Source: Odoribacteraceae bacterium (lineage in GTDB: Bacteria; Bacteroidota; Bacteroidia; Bacteroidales; Marinifilaceae). Taken from it: 33,818 bases of DNA. The DNA is taken from contig JAIRXZ010000157.1 of NCBI GenBank assembly GCA_031267995.1, positions 1-33,818 of the forward strand, given 5' to 3'. Positions 1 to 8,592 of the stretch are shown piece by piece. Below the pieces are notes generated by a model. The model worked only from the letters and a program-made list of their open reading frames with translations, searched no databases and was not told the origin of the DNA. The first letter of the stretch is position 1; each line of letters opens with the position of its first letter. The translations under genes and the position numbers were made by a program.

Positions 1-133
1 TAACCTCGATAATGTCTGTCATATATGTTATTTTTTATTGTCGCGAAGGTATGACTTAGCGACGGATTTACCGCTCGCCAAGCGATACATAATTATACCG
101 TTGGCGGGCATAATTATCCCGAAATGGCCGCTG

Positions 134-826
134 TCAGGCCGGTTTTTCGGCGGTGTAGAGGGTGGCGATGCCGAAGGATAGCGGTCGCGCCGTCGCCCCG
201 TGAAAGCCGGCGGCGCGGAGGATGTCCAGGAATTTTTCGCCGCGCGGGAAGGGGTAGACGGAGGCGGGAAGGTACGCGTACGCGTCGCCGCGGCCGGAGA
301 TAATGCCCCCGACGCGGGGCAGCAAGCGGGTGAAATAGAAGCGATAGAGCTGCTTGACGGGGAAGCGTTCGGGCACGGAAAATTCGAGGATGACGAGGCG
401 GCCGCCCGGTCGGGTCACGCGGGCGATTTCGTCCAGCGCCTTGTCGAGGCGTTCAAAGTTGCGCGCCCCGAAGGCGACGGTGACGGCGTCGAAACTCCCG
501 TCGGGGAAGTGCAGTTCCTCGGCGTCGCCCTGCAGGAAGGAGACGCGGTGGTCGAGATGCTTCGCCCGCGCCTTTGCCCTGGCCACGTCCAGCATTTTCT
601 CGGAGATGTCGACGCCGGTCACTCGCGCCGCGCCGCGCCGGGCGGCGGTGATGGCGAAGTCGCCCGTGCCGCACGCCACGTCCAGCACGCCGGCGCCCTT
701 CGCGAGGCAACGCGCGGCGAGCGTCCGCCAGCGCTTGTCGATGCCCAGTGACAGCAGGTGATTCAGCAGGTCGTAGCGGGGGGCGATGTCGTTGAACATG
801 TCCCGAACCTTCTCTTTTTTCGCCAT
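134..826 (-). CDS. menG: Demethylmenaquinone/ubiquinone methyltransferase (UbiE/MenG family, SAM-dependent)
   Basis: The ORF 134..832 translates to MAKKEKVRDMFNDIAPRYDLLNHLLSLGIDKRWR, with the SAM-binding motif VLDVACGTGD and a later ISGRGDAYAYLPASV stretch typical of UbiE/MenG. Codon 830-832 is TTG, and the first ATG is at 826, which I take as the start. Confidence 0.9.
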   Translation of the reverse strand: MAKKEKVRDMFNDIAPRYDLLNHLLSLGIDKRWRTLAARCLAKGAGVLDVACGTGDFAITAARRGAARVTGVDISEKMLDVARAKARAKHLDHRVSFLQGDAEELHFPDGSFDAVTVAFGARNFERLDKALDEIARVTRPGGRLVILEFSVPERFPVKQLYRFYFTRLLPRVGGIISGRGDAYAYLPASVYPFPRGEKFLDILRAAGFHGATARPLSFGIATLYTAEKPA

Positions 827-836
827 ATACAATGAG

Positions 837-1820
837 TTACGCGTCGAGCGCGCCCCACAGGAGATCCTTCAGTTCCGTGATCCCCTCGCCCGTGAGCGAG
901 GAGATGAAGACGCGGGGGACGTCCGGCAGATCGGCCTGCATGGCGGCCAGCAGTTCATCGTCCGCGCGGTCGCGCTTGCTGATGGCGAGCACGCGTCGTT
1001 TGTCCAGAAGCTCAGGGTTATACTGCCGCAGTTCATCCAGCAGGATCTTGTACTCGGCATGAATATCGGGGCTGTCCACCGGCACGAGGAAGAGGAGGAC
1101 GGGATTGCGCTCGATGTGGCGCAAGAAGCGGATGCCGAGACCCTTGCCGAGGTGCGCCCCCTCGATGATCCCCGGAATGTCGGCCATCACGAAGGATCGC
1201 CCCTCGCGGTACCGCACGATGCCGAGGTTCGGCACCAGCGTGGTAAAGGGGTAATCGGCGATCTCCGGCTTGGCGGCGGAGACTACGGAGAGCAGCGTCG
1301 ACTTCCCCGCGTTGGGGAAACCCACCAGCCCGACGTCGGCCAACACCTTCAGTTCGAGGATCACCGTCCGCTCCACCCGCGGTTCGCCGGGCTGCGCGAA
1401 GCGGGGGGTCTGGTGGGTGGCCGAGCGGAAGTGCCAATTGCCCTGCCCCCCCCGTCCGCCGGCGACGATCGCCTCCTGCTGGCCATCGGTGGTGATCTCG
1501 CAGATCAGCTCCCCGGTGTCCGCGTCCCTGGCGACGGTGCCCAGCGGCACCTCGATCACCATGTCCTCGCCTTCCGCCCCCGTGCTGCGTCCGCCGCTGC
1601 CCGCCTCGCCGTCGCTGGCGAAGACGTGGCGCTTGTATTTCAGGTGAATAAGCGTCCAGAAATTGCGATTACCCCTCAGCAGGACGTGCCCGCCTCGTCC
1701 GCCGTCGCCCCCGTCCGGCCCTCCTTTGGCGGTAAACTTATCCCGGTGCAGGTGCGTCGACCCCGGCCCCCCGGCGCCACCGCGACAGAACACCTTCACG
1801 TAATCAACGAAATTCGTCAT
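837..1820 (-). CDS. obg: GTPase Obg/CgtA
   Basis: The N-terminus is the glycine-rich Obg fold ([26 protein letters not shown]...[12 protein letters not shown]). The G domain carries [12 protein letters not shown] (G1) and DIPGIIEGA (G3). The ATG at 1820 overlaps the hpt stop codon by 4 bp (ATGA). Confidence 0.95.
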   Translation of the reverse strand: MTNFVDYVKVFCRGGAGGPGSTHLHRDKFTAKGGPDGGDGGRGGHVLLRGNRNFWTLIHLKYKRHVFASDGEAGSGGRSTGAEGEDMVIEVPLGTVARDADTGELICEITTDGQQEAIVAGGRGGQGNWHFRSATHQTPRFAQPGEPRVERTVILELKVLADVGLVGFPNAGKSTLLSVVSAAKPEIADYPFTTLVPNLGIVRYREGRSFVMADIPGIIEGAHLGKGLGIRFLRHIERNPVLLFLVPVDSPDIHAEYKILLDELRQYNPELLDKRRVLAISKRDRADDELLAAMQADLPDVPRVFISSLTGEGITELKDLLWGALDA

Positions 1821-2359
1821 GGCGCCAGCGTGTAGAGATCAGGCAAATTGCGCCCCAGATCGTCGTAATCGAGACCCCTTCCGACGACAAAATCGTTCTT
1901 CAGCGCGATGCCGGCGTAGTCAATCGTCACCTCGCGTTCCAGCGCGTCCGGCTTGTAGAACAGCGCGGCCACCTTGACCTGCCGCGCCCCCCGCGCCTTC
2001 AACATCTCCAGGAGGTGCGCGATGGAGCGGCCGGTGTCCACGATGTCCTCCACGATCACCACGTTGCGCCCGGCCACCTCGCCCGTCAGCCCGATCAACT
2101 CCTTGATCTCGCCCGTGGAAGCCGTCCCCGCGTACGAGGCCAGCCGGGTGAAAATCACCGTCGTCCCCTCCACCGTCACCTCCTTCAGCAGGTCGGAGGC
2201 GAACATGAAAGCGCCGTTCAGCACGACGAGAAAGAGGGGACGCGCCCCCTCCATATCCCGGTTAATCTCCCGCGCCAGGCGGCTCACCGCGCGATCAATC
2301 TCCGCCGCCTCGATGTAGAGGCGAAACGTTTTGTCGAGTAATTGGATGGATTTATACAT
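1817..2359 (-). CDS. hpt: Hypoxanthine phosphoribosyltransferase
   Basis: A 180-aa ORF with the PRPP-binding motif [13 protein letters not shown] and the C-terminal [17 protein letters not shown] signature of Hpt. It is ATG-started and translationally coupled to obg. Confidence 0.92.
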   Translation of the reverse strand: MYKSIQLLDKTFRLYIEAAEIDRAVSRLAREINRDMEGARPLFLVVLNGAFMFASDLLKEVTVEGTTVIFTRLASYAGTASTGEIKELIGLTGEVAGRNVVIVEDIVDTGRSIAHLLEMLKARGARQVKVAALFYKPDALEREVTIDYAGIALKNDFVVGRGLDYDDLGRNLPDLYTLAP

Positions 2360-2369
2360 TCGATTTTCT

Positions 2370-2377
2370 TAACTTTG
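2370..2377 (+). promoter_or_regulatory. Candidate Bacteroidota -7 promoter box (TAACTTTG) for purE
   Basis: This is an exact match to the TAnnTTTG consensus of Bacteroidota sigma-A promoters. It lies 39 nt upstream of the purE ATG, in the hpt/purE divergent intergenic region. Confidence 0.4.
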
Positions 2378-2416
2378 CGCGAAAGTACTACTTTGAACCC
2401 AAATAACAGCGATAAC

Positions 2417-2920
2417 ATGAATCCAAAAGTGAGTATTATCATGGGCAGCACCTCCGATCTGCCCGTCATGGAAAAGGCCGCCGTCGTGCTCAACGACTTC
2501 CGGGTGCCCTTCGAGATGCACGCCCTCTCCGCCCACCGCACGCCGGCGGAGGTAGAGGCATTTGCCAGGGGAGCCGCCCCGCGGGGCATCGAAGTCATCA
2601 TCGCCGGCGCGGGCATGGCCGCTCATCTGCCGGGCGTTATTGCTGCCATGACGCCCCTGCCCGTCATCGGCGTCCCCATCAGCGCCTCCCTCGACGGCAT
2701 GGACGCCCTGCTGGCCATCGTCCAGATGCCTCCGGGCATCCCCGTCGCCACCGTCGCCATCAACGGGGCGATGAACGCCGGCATACTCGCCGCGCAACTC
2801 CTGGCGACGGCCGACGCCGACCTCCGCCAACAGATCATCCTCTACAAGGAGTCGCTGAAAAACAAGATCGTGGAGGCCAACAACGCGCTCTCCGCCGTCA
2901 AATACCCCTACAAAGTTTGA
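2417..2920 (+). CDS. purE: N5-carboxyaminoimidazole ribonucleotide mutase (class I PurE)
   Basis: Translation reads [22 protein letters not shown]...SAHRTP...[12 protein letters not shown]...PVIGVP, the canonical PurE motifs. The ORF track starts at 2342, but the conserved N-terminus begins at the ATG at 2417. Confidence 0.93.
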   Translation: MNPKVSIIMGSTSDLPVMEKAAVVLNDFRVPFEMHALSAHRTPAEVEAFARGAAPRGIEVIIAGAGMAAHLPGVIAAMTPLPVIGVPISASLDGMDALLAIVQMPPGIPVATVAINGAMNAGILAAQLLATADADLRQQIILYKESLKNKIVEANNALSAVKYPYKV

Positions 2921-2961
2921 CTCCCCGCCGCCCCTCCCGCCGCCAATCGGAAAAAATCGCG

Positions 2962-2969
2962 TACATTCG
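2962..2969 (+). promoter_or_regulatory. Candidate -7 box (TACATTCG) within a shared promoter module CGGAAAAAATCGCGTACATTCGCGA
   Basis: The box has one mismatch to TAnnTTTG and lies 38 nt upstream of the phospho-sugar mutase ATG (3008). The same ~25-nt module recurs at 4789-4813 and, on the minus strand, at 16645-16665. A related version is at 10344-10364. Confidence 0.35.
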
Positions 2970-3007
2970 CGAGCGTGCAAAAAAGTTTACCTTAAATACA
3001 TTGTAAC

Positions 3008-4750
3008 ATGACAGATCCCCAACTCATCGACACGGCCAGGGCGAAAGCCGAAAAGTGGCTCCACCCCGCCTACGACGCGGACACCAGGGCTGCCGTCCAG
3101 CAACTGTTGCAGGAGGATGATCCCGCGAAACTCGTGGAAGCCTTCCACGCCGATCTGGAGTTCGGCACCGGCGGCTTGCGGGGCATCATGGGCGTGGGTA
3201 CCAACAGGATGAACATCTACACCGTCGGCGCCGCCACGCAGGGATTCGCCAATTACATCAACCGTTACTTCTCCGACGAGCCGCGCGCCGTGTGCATCGG
3301 CCACGACTGTCGCCACAACTCCCGCCACTTCGCCGAGACGGTTGCCGACATATTCTCGGCCAACGGCATCGACGTCTACCTCTTTGAGTCCCTGCGTCCC
3401 ACGCCGGAGATATCGTTTGCCATCCGCGAACTCGGCTGCAAGGGCGGCGTCATCATCACCGCGTCCCACAACCCCAAGGAATACAACGGCTACAAGGCCT
3501 ATTGGAACGACGGCTCGCAGCTGGTGCCGCCGCACGATCACGCCGTCATCGGCGAGGTAAAGCAAATCGGCGTGACGGAGATCCTCTTCGACCGCGACCC
3601 CGCCCGCGTCCACGCGCTGGGGGCCGACTTCGACCGCGTTTACCTCAAGCGCGTGCAGCAGCTCAGCCTCTCGCTCGACGCCATCCGCGACGCGGGCGAC
3701 CTGAAGATCGTCTTCACCCCCTTGCACGGCACCACCTACCAGCTGGTACCGGAGTCGCTGCGCCTCTGGGGATTCACCGGCGTGCACGTCGTCCCGGAGC
3801 AGAGCGTGCCGGACGGCGATTTCCCGACGGTAGCCCTGGCCAACCCGGAGGATCCCGCCGCCTTCAAGATGGCCACCGACCTGGCGCGCGAGATTGACGC
3901 GGAGCTGATCATGGCTTGCGATCCCGACGGCGACCGCATTGGCATCTCCGTCAAAGACGACAACGGGCAATGGACGCTCCTCAACGGCAACCAGGCTTTC
4001 CTCGTCTACCTCGAATACATCATACTCAGGCGGAAGGCTTTGGGTATGCTCTCCGGCGGCGAGTACACCATCAAAACCATCGTCACGGCCGAGCTGATCA
4101 GGGACGTCGCCGAGAAGAACGGCATCCTCTGCCACGACGTTTACACCGGCTTCAAGTGGATCGCCGACATGATCCGCCGTCGCGACCCCGAAAAGTACAT
4201 CGGTGGCGGCGAAGAGTCCTTCGGCTTCATGCCGGGCGCCTTCACCCGCGACAAGGACGGCGTGGCCTCGGCCTCCCTCATGGCGGAAATCGCCGCCTGG
4301 TGCAAGAGCCAAAACTCCTCCATCTACGCCTTCCTCAAGAACATATACCTCAAATACGGCTTCTCCAGCGAGCGCACGGTATCCCTCTCCCGCGAGGGCG
4401 TCAGCGGCGCGGCGGAGATCCACGCCATGATGGAACACTTCCGCTGCCACGTCCCCCGGCAGATCAACGGCAGCGACATCATCCTCAAAAAGGACTACCT
4501 CACCCGCGTCTCCATGAAGCCCCCCAAGGGCAAGCCCAACCCGCTATACTTCGACACCACCAGCAACGTCCTCCAGTTCCTCCTGGACGACGGCAGCAAG
4601 ATATCCATCCGCCCCTCCGGCACCGAGCCAAAGATCAAGTTCTACTACGAAACGCGCATCACCATGCGGACACTCAAAGAGTTCGACAAAGTACAGGAGC
4701 TTGCCGACAAGCGCATCGAGGGCATGATCAACGGGGTAGAAACATGGTAA
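3008..4750 (+). CDS. Phospho-sugar mutase (alpha-D-phosphohexomutase family; phosphoglucomutase/phosphomannomutase, long PgcA-like form)
   Basis: A 580-aa ORF with the active-site loop TASHNPKEYNGYK, the metal-binding loop ACDPDGDR and the sugar-binding GGEESFG motif. It is clean and ATG-started. Confidence 0.92.
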   Translation: MTDPQLIDTARAKAEKWLHPAYDADTRAAVQQLLQEDDPAKLVEAFHADLEFGTGGLRGIMGVGTNRMNIYTVGAATQGFANYINRYFSDEPRAVCIGHDCRHNSRHFAETVADIFSANGIDVYLFESLRPTPEISFAIRELGCKGGVIITASHNPKEYNGYKAYWNDGSQLVPPHDHAVIGEVKQIGVTEILFDRDPARVHALGADFDRVYLKRVQQLSLSLDAIRDAGDLKIVFTPLHGTTYQLVPESLRLWGFTGVHVVPEQSVPDGDFPTVALANPEDPAAFKMATDLAREIDAELIMACDPDGDRIGISVKDDNGQWTLLNGNQAFLVYLEYIILRRKALGMLSGGEYTIKTIVTAELIRDVAEKNGILCHDVYTGFKWIADMIRRRDPEKYIGGGEESFGFMPGAFTRDKDGVASASLMAEIAAWCKSQNSSIYAFLKNIYLKYGFSSERTVSLSREGVSGAAEIHAMMEHFRCHVPRQINGSDIILKKDYLTRVSMKPPKGKPNPLYFDTTSNVLQFLLDDGSKISIRPSGTEPKIKFYYETRITMRTLKEFDKVQELADKRIEGMINGVETW

Positions 4751-4802
4751 CCGCACCGGAAACGCCGCGCCGCCCCGCCCCCCGTGAACCGAAAAAATCG
4801 CG

Positions 4803-4810
4803 TACATTCG
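4803..4810 (+). promoter_or_regulatory. Candidate -7 box (TACATTCG), second copy of the shared promoter module
   Basis: CCGAAAAAATCGCGTACATTCGCGAACG at 4789-4816 is near-identical to 2948-2972. It lies 33 nt upstream of the ATG at 4844. Confidence 0.35.
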
Positions 4811-4843
4811 CGAACGCAACATAAATTTAAATACACTACTGCT

Positions 4844-6427
4844 ATGAAAAAAACGATGAAATCCACCATCCTCCTCGCCGCCGCGCTGCTGGGGATGCTG
4901 TTTACGAACTGTCAACGGAGCGGCGACACTCCTCTTTACCAGGCAATCCCGTCAGACGTCGCCCTGCTCTACTCCCTGCGCGTCGACCAAATCCTGGACA
5001 AATCAGGCGTCATCAACAACTTCCTCCCCATGGCCGAATCGATGCTGGAAGGCAATGAAGAAGGCCAATTCCTCATCGACATCCTCAAGGACGTCAACAC
5101 GATGGGCATCGACCTCTCCGACATCGTCTTCTTCATCGCCAACGACGGCGGCGGCCCCAACGGCGCGGTAGTCGCCCGCCTGACCGACCGCCTGAAATTC
5201 ACCGACTTCCTCGGCCACCTGGCGGAGACCGGAATGGTCATCAACGTCGAGAAAAAAGAGGGATTCTACCAAGCCGGCGTGGACGACAACCTCCTGATCT
5301 TTAACGACCACCTGCTGATAGCCACGCAATCCATCTACGGCGAAACCCTGGAGCAAGCCGCCGCCCGCGTCCGCGCCCTTTTCACCCAGGCCAAGGAAAA
5401 AAGCATCCTCGGCAACGACAAATTCACCCAGGCCTTCAACACCACCGACGCCCTCCTCGCCTACGTCAACCTCGCCCCCTTCTCGCGAGATCCCGGATTT
5501 AAGCAAATGCTCACCCTCACCGGCATGGACATCTCCTCGGTATCAGGCATCATGGGCATCTCCTTCCCCGACGGCGCCATGCGGATGACCACCCGCGTGC
5601 TCTCCATCGACTCCGCCCTCCTGCAAACCCAGGGACGCCCCCTCACGCTCTCCCTCCTGGACTACATCCCCGCCGCCCCCGCGATAGCAACCGCGATCCT
5701 CAACATGGACGGCCAAGCGACGTACGACAACATGCAAAAATCGCTGACAAACTTCCTCACCCTGGCTGCCATGAACGGGGGATTCCCCGCGCCAACCGGC
5801 GGCATGCTACAGGCATTCGGGCTACTCCAGTCGATCAACGGCGAAGTCATGCTCAACATCGCCTCGGGAACCCCGTACCCCGCCGCCACCCTCTACGCTG
5901 AAGTCAAGGACAATCGCCCCCTGGACGCGCTGAACGAATGGCTATCAGAAGGCCCCTTCCAAACATTCCTCACCACCACCAAACTGGCTGACAACATCTA
6001 CCGCGCCGAAGTCGCCCCCCTCCGCCTATCCGTCTACTACGGCATCAAGGACGGCCGCTTCTTCATCTCCAACGACGAAGCCCTCAAAGCGCACCCCGGT
6101 GACAAGCTGGACAACTCGTTTAAAAACACGCCGGTAGCCAAACGCGTGCCGGCAGGAGCATCCGGGTACTTCCTCCTGGACATCTCCAACCTCATCCAGC
6201 CCATCGCCTTCTTCGCCAACATGCGGGGCGGCGGCGGCATCTCCCCGGCGCTCATGGCAGACATCGACCAGTTCCAGTACCTCGAAGCATACTCCATCGA
6301 AGATGGCAAGGAAGTCGTCCTCCAGCTCGAACTCAAGGACAAAACGAAGAACGTACTCAAACTCACCAGCGACATGGCCTTCAAAGCCCTGGAAACCTTC
6401 ACCTCCTCCACCTACCAATCATATTGA
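4844..6427 (+). CDS. DUF4836-like lipoprotein, copy A (function unknown)
   Basis: The signal peptide and Cys read MKKTMKSTILLAAALLGMLFTNC. At ~527 aa, its size and motifs (LYAEVKDNRP, YYGIKDGRFFISND) fit my recollection of the Bacteroidota DUF4836 family. It is clearly paralogous to the next ORF. I chose the start at the ATG preceding the signal peptide rather than at 4784. Confidence 0.75.
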   Translation: MKKTMKSTILLAAALLGMLFTNCQRSGDTPLYQAIPSDVALLYSLRVDQILDKSGVINNFLPMAESMLEGNEEGQFLIDILKDVNTMGIDLSDIVFFIANDGGGPNGAVVARLTDRLKFTDFLGHLAETGMVINVEKKEGFYQAGVDDNLLIFNDHLLIATQSIYGETLEQAAARVRALFTQAKEKSILGNDKFTQAFNTTDALLAYVNLAPFSRDPGFKQMLTLTGMDISSVSGIMGISFPDGAMRMTTRVLSIDSALLQTQGRPLTLSLLDYIPAAPAIATAILNMDGQATYDNMQKSLTNFLTLAAMNGGFPAPTGGMLQAFGLLQSINGEVMLNIASGTPYPAATLYAEVKDNRPLDALNEWLSEGPFQTFLTTTKLADNIYRAEVAPLRLSVYYGIKDGRFFISNDEALKAHPGDKLDNSFKNTPVAKRVPAGASGYFLLDISNLIQPIAFFANMRGGGGISPALMADIDQFQYLEAYSIEDGKEVVLQLELKDKTKNVLKLTSDMAFKALETFTSSTYQSY

Positions 6428-6429
6428 CA

Positions 6430-7944
6430 ATGAAAACAATGCGATACCTCCTCGCCCTCCCCATCCTCCTGGGCGTCCTCCTATCCTCCTGTCGCCACAC
6501 CGACAGCGAGTTGCTCTACCGCGCGGTCCCCGCCGACGCCTCGCTGCTCCTCTCCATCCGCGCGGGGAGCCTCATCAAAAAGTCCGCCCTCGTCCAGCAG
6601 CTATCCCCCTTCGCCACCCTCCTGTCGTTGAGACGGGAGACGCCGAAAAAGCTCTCCGACATCCTCAAAGACCCTCGCCAGGCGGGGCTTGACCTGGACG
6701 AACTCCTCCTCTTTGGCGACGACGACCTTGTCAATGCCGCCATCATCGCCCGCGTCGCCAACCGGCAAAAGCTCGTTGAAACCATCGAAGCCCTCGTCGA
6801 GGTGGAAGCCTTCGACGAGCTTATCCGCGAGGGCGACATCTACCACGCCGCCTGCTCCGGCTTCCTGGAATACTTCATCCTCTTTAACGACCAGCTGGCC
6901 GTCATCATCCCCTCCTTTGACACCAGCCTCGATGAGGTCAAAATCCTCGCCGCCACCTGCCTCACCCGCCAGCGGCAGGAGAGCATCCTCTCCGTCCCCT
7001 CCTTCGCCGGCGCCATTCTACCGGACGACGACCTCTCCGCCTACCTCAACTGCGACCCGGAACTCCTGGGGAACAACGACTTCCTCGCGCCGCTCCTCCC
7101 GTTCGTCAACATCGCCCCCGGCAACCATGCCAAGCTCACCGGCGCCGGCGGCATCGCCTTCCGCGACGGCAACATACGCGCGGCGGCGCGCCTCCTCTCC
7201 CCCCTCGTCGCCCCCGCCGCCCCGCCGCGTCCCCTCGCGCGCGCGTTCCTTGATTATATCCCCGCCCCGGCGCTCGTCGCGTTCATCGCCAACGGCGACG
7301 GCGACATCTGCCGCGCCGTCCTGGACGCCGCGACATACAGCATGCGCGTGCGGATGATCCTCTACAGGCTATTCGACGCCCTCCCCGACCTCGAAGACGC
7401 CATCGGAACCTTCCCCTTCTCCTCCATCAACGGCGAGGTCGCGCTCGCCATCCTCCCCGGCGACCCCCTCCCCACCGCCATCCTCTACGCCGAGGTCAAG
7501 GACAATCGCCCCGTGGAAGCCATCAACAACTGCTTCGCGACGGGCGCCGGCTGCCTCCCCGTCCCGGTGGACAAACTCGATGACGACACCTACCACGTTG
7601 ACTTCGACCCCCTCGACCTCTACTACGGCATCAAGAACGGCCACTTCTACCTCACCACCAGCCGCGACCTCGCCGCGAACGCCGGCGTCAAAGCCACCGC
7701 CTCCCTTGCCGCCTCCCCCTTCGCCAAGCGCGTCCCGACCGACGCCGGCGCCTACCTCCACGTCGACATCGCCGCCCTACCCTTCCCCTACATCTCCACC
7801 TCCATCGCGCAGTTCGAGAGCCTCGACACCCACCTCACCGCCGACGGCAAGGAATTTACCCTCGACCTCAGGCTGAAGGACACCTCCCGCAACGCCCTCA
7901 CCGTCCTCGCGGACATCATCAAGCGCCAAATCATCGGCTTCTAA
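6430..7944 (+). CDS. DUF4836-like lipoprotein, copy B (paralog of copy A)
   Basis: The signal peptide and lipobox read MKTMRYLLALPILLGVLLSSC. It shares LY.A.P.D, ILKD, LFNDQL, LYAEVKDNRP and YYGIKNGHFYLT with copy A in the same order. The ATG at 6430 sits 2 nt after the copy-A stop codon. A TTG at 6424 is an alternative start. Confidence 0.75.
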   Translation: MKTMRYLLALPILLGVLLSSCRHTDSELLYRAVPADASLLLSIRAGSLIKKSALVQQLSPFATLLSLRRETPKKLSDILKDPRQAGLDLDELLLFGDDDLVNAAIIARVANRQKLVETIEALVEVEAFDELIREGDIYHAACSGFLEYFILFNDQLAVIIPSFDTSLDEVKILAATCLTRQRQESILSVPSFAGAILPDDDLSAYLNCDPELLGNNDFLAPLLPFVNIAPGNHAKLTGAGGIAFRDGNIRAAARLLSPLVAPAAPPRPLARAFLDYIPAPALVAFIANGDGDICRAVLDAATYSMRVRMILYRLFDALPDLEDAIGTFPFSSINGEVALAILPGDPLPTAILYAEVKDNRPVEAINNCFATGAGCLPVPVDKLDDDTYHVDFDPLDLYYGIKNGHFYLTTSRDLAANAGVKATASLAASPFAKRVPTDAGAYLHVDIAALPFPYISTSIAQFESLDTHLTADGKEFTLDLRLKDTSRNALTVLADIIKRQIIGF

Positions 7945-7947
7945 ACG

Positions 7948-8592
7948 ATGGAGCAAATCACGCTGCAGCAGGTAGTTCCCGACATCTTCGCCCGCCAGCC
8001 ACCGGCAGGCTCGGAGATCTGGGGCAACCAAATCGCCTTCAACAAAGGCCAGACTTACCTCCTCCAGGCCGCCTCCGGCAAGGGAAAAACATCCCTCTGC
8101 AGCTACCTCCACGGCTCCCGCGACGACTACGCCGGCCAAATCCTCTTCGACCACCGCGATGCCAAACGAAACTCCCCCCGCGAATGGGGGGAGCTTCGCC
8201 GAACCTCCATCGGCATCCTCCTCCAGGGCTTGCGGCTATTCCCCGAACTATCTGCCATCGACAACATTAGACTAAAGAACCGCCTCACCCGTCACCGCTC
8301 AGAGGAGTGGATACGCGAGACACTCGAAAGCCTCGACATCGCCGACAAAACCAACGCGCCCGTGGCCAAAATATCCTTCGGACAGCAACAACGCGTGGCG
8401 CTGGCGCGCGCCCTGTGCCAACCGCTGGACTTCCTGCTCCTGGACGAGCCTGTAAGTCACCTCGATGACGACAACAACCGACGCGTCGCCGACCTTCTCG
8501 CCCGCGAAGCCACCCGTCACGGCTTCGCCATCATCGTCACATCCATCGGCAAGCACCCCCCGTTATCCTACAATCAAACCCTCAGGCTATGA
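7948..8592 (+). CDS. ABC transporter ATP-binding protein (non-canonical motifs)
   Basis: Motifs present are a Walker A-like AASGKGKTS, a Q-loop, a signature-like ISFGQQQR, Walker B LLLDEP and D-loop SHLD. The gene starts 3 nt after the upstream stop codon and overlaps the downstream ATG by 4 bp. Confidence 0.85.
   Translation: MEQITLQQVVPDIFARQPPAGSEIWGNQIAFNKGQTYLLQAASGKGKTSLCSYLHGSRDDYAGQILFDHRDAKRNSPREWGELRRTSIGILLQGLRLFPELSAIDNIRLKNRLTRHRSEEWIRETLESLDIADKTNAPVAKISFGQQQRVALARALCQPLDFLLLDEPVSHLDDDNNRRVADLLAREATRHGFAIIVTSIGKHPPLSYNQTLRL

Noticed and set aside
1-50. A possible minus-strand gene start at 20-22 (ATG ACA GAC ATT ATC GAG GTT..), preceded by a TACCTTCGCGA promoter-like box at about 38-48.
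   Set aside because: Only 7 codons lie inside the window, so no product or frame can be supported.
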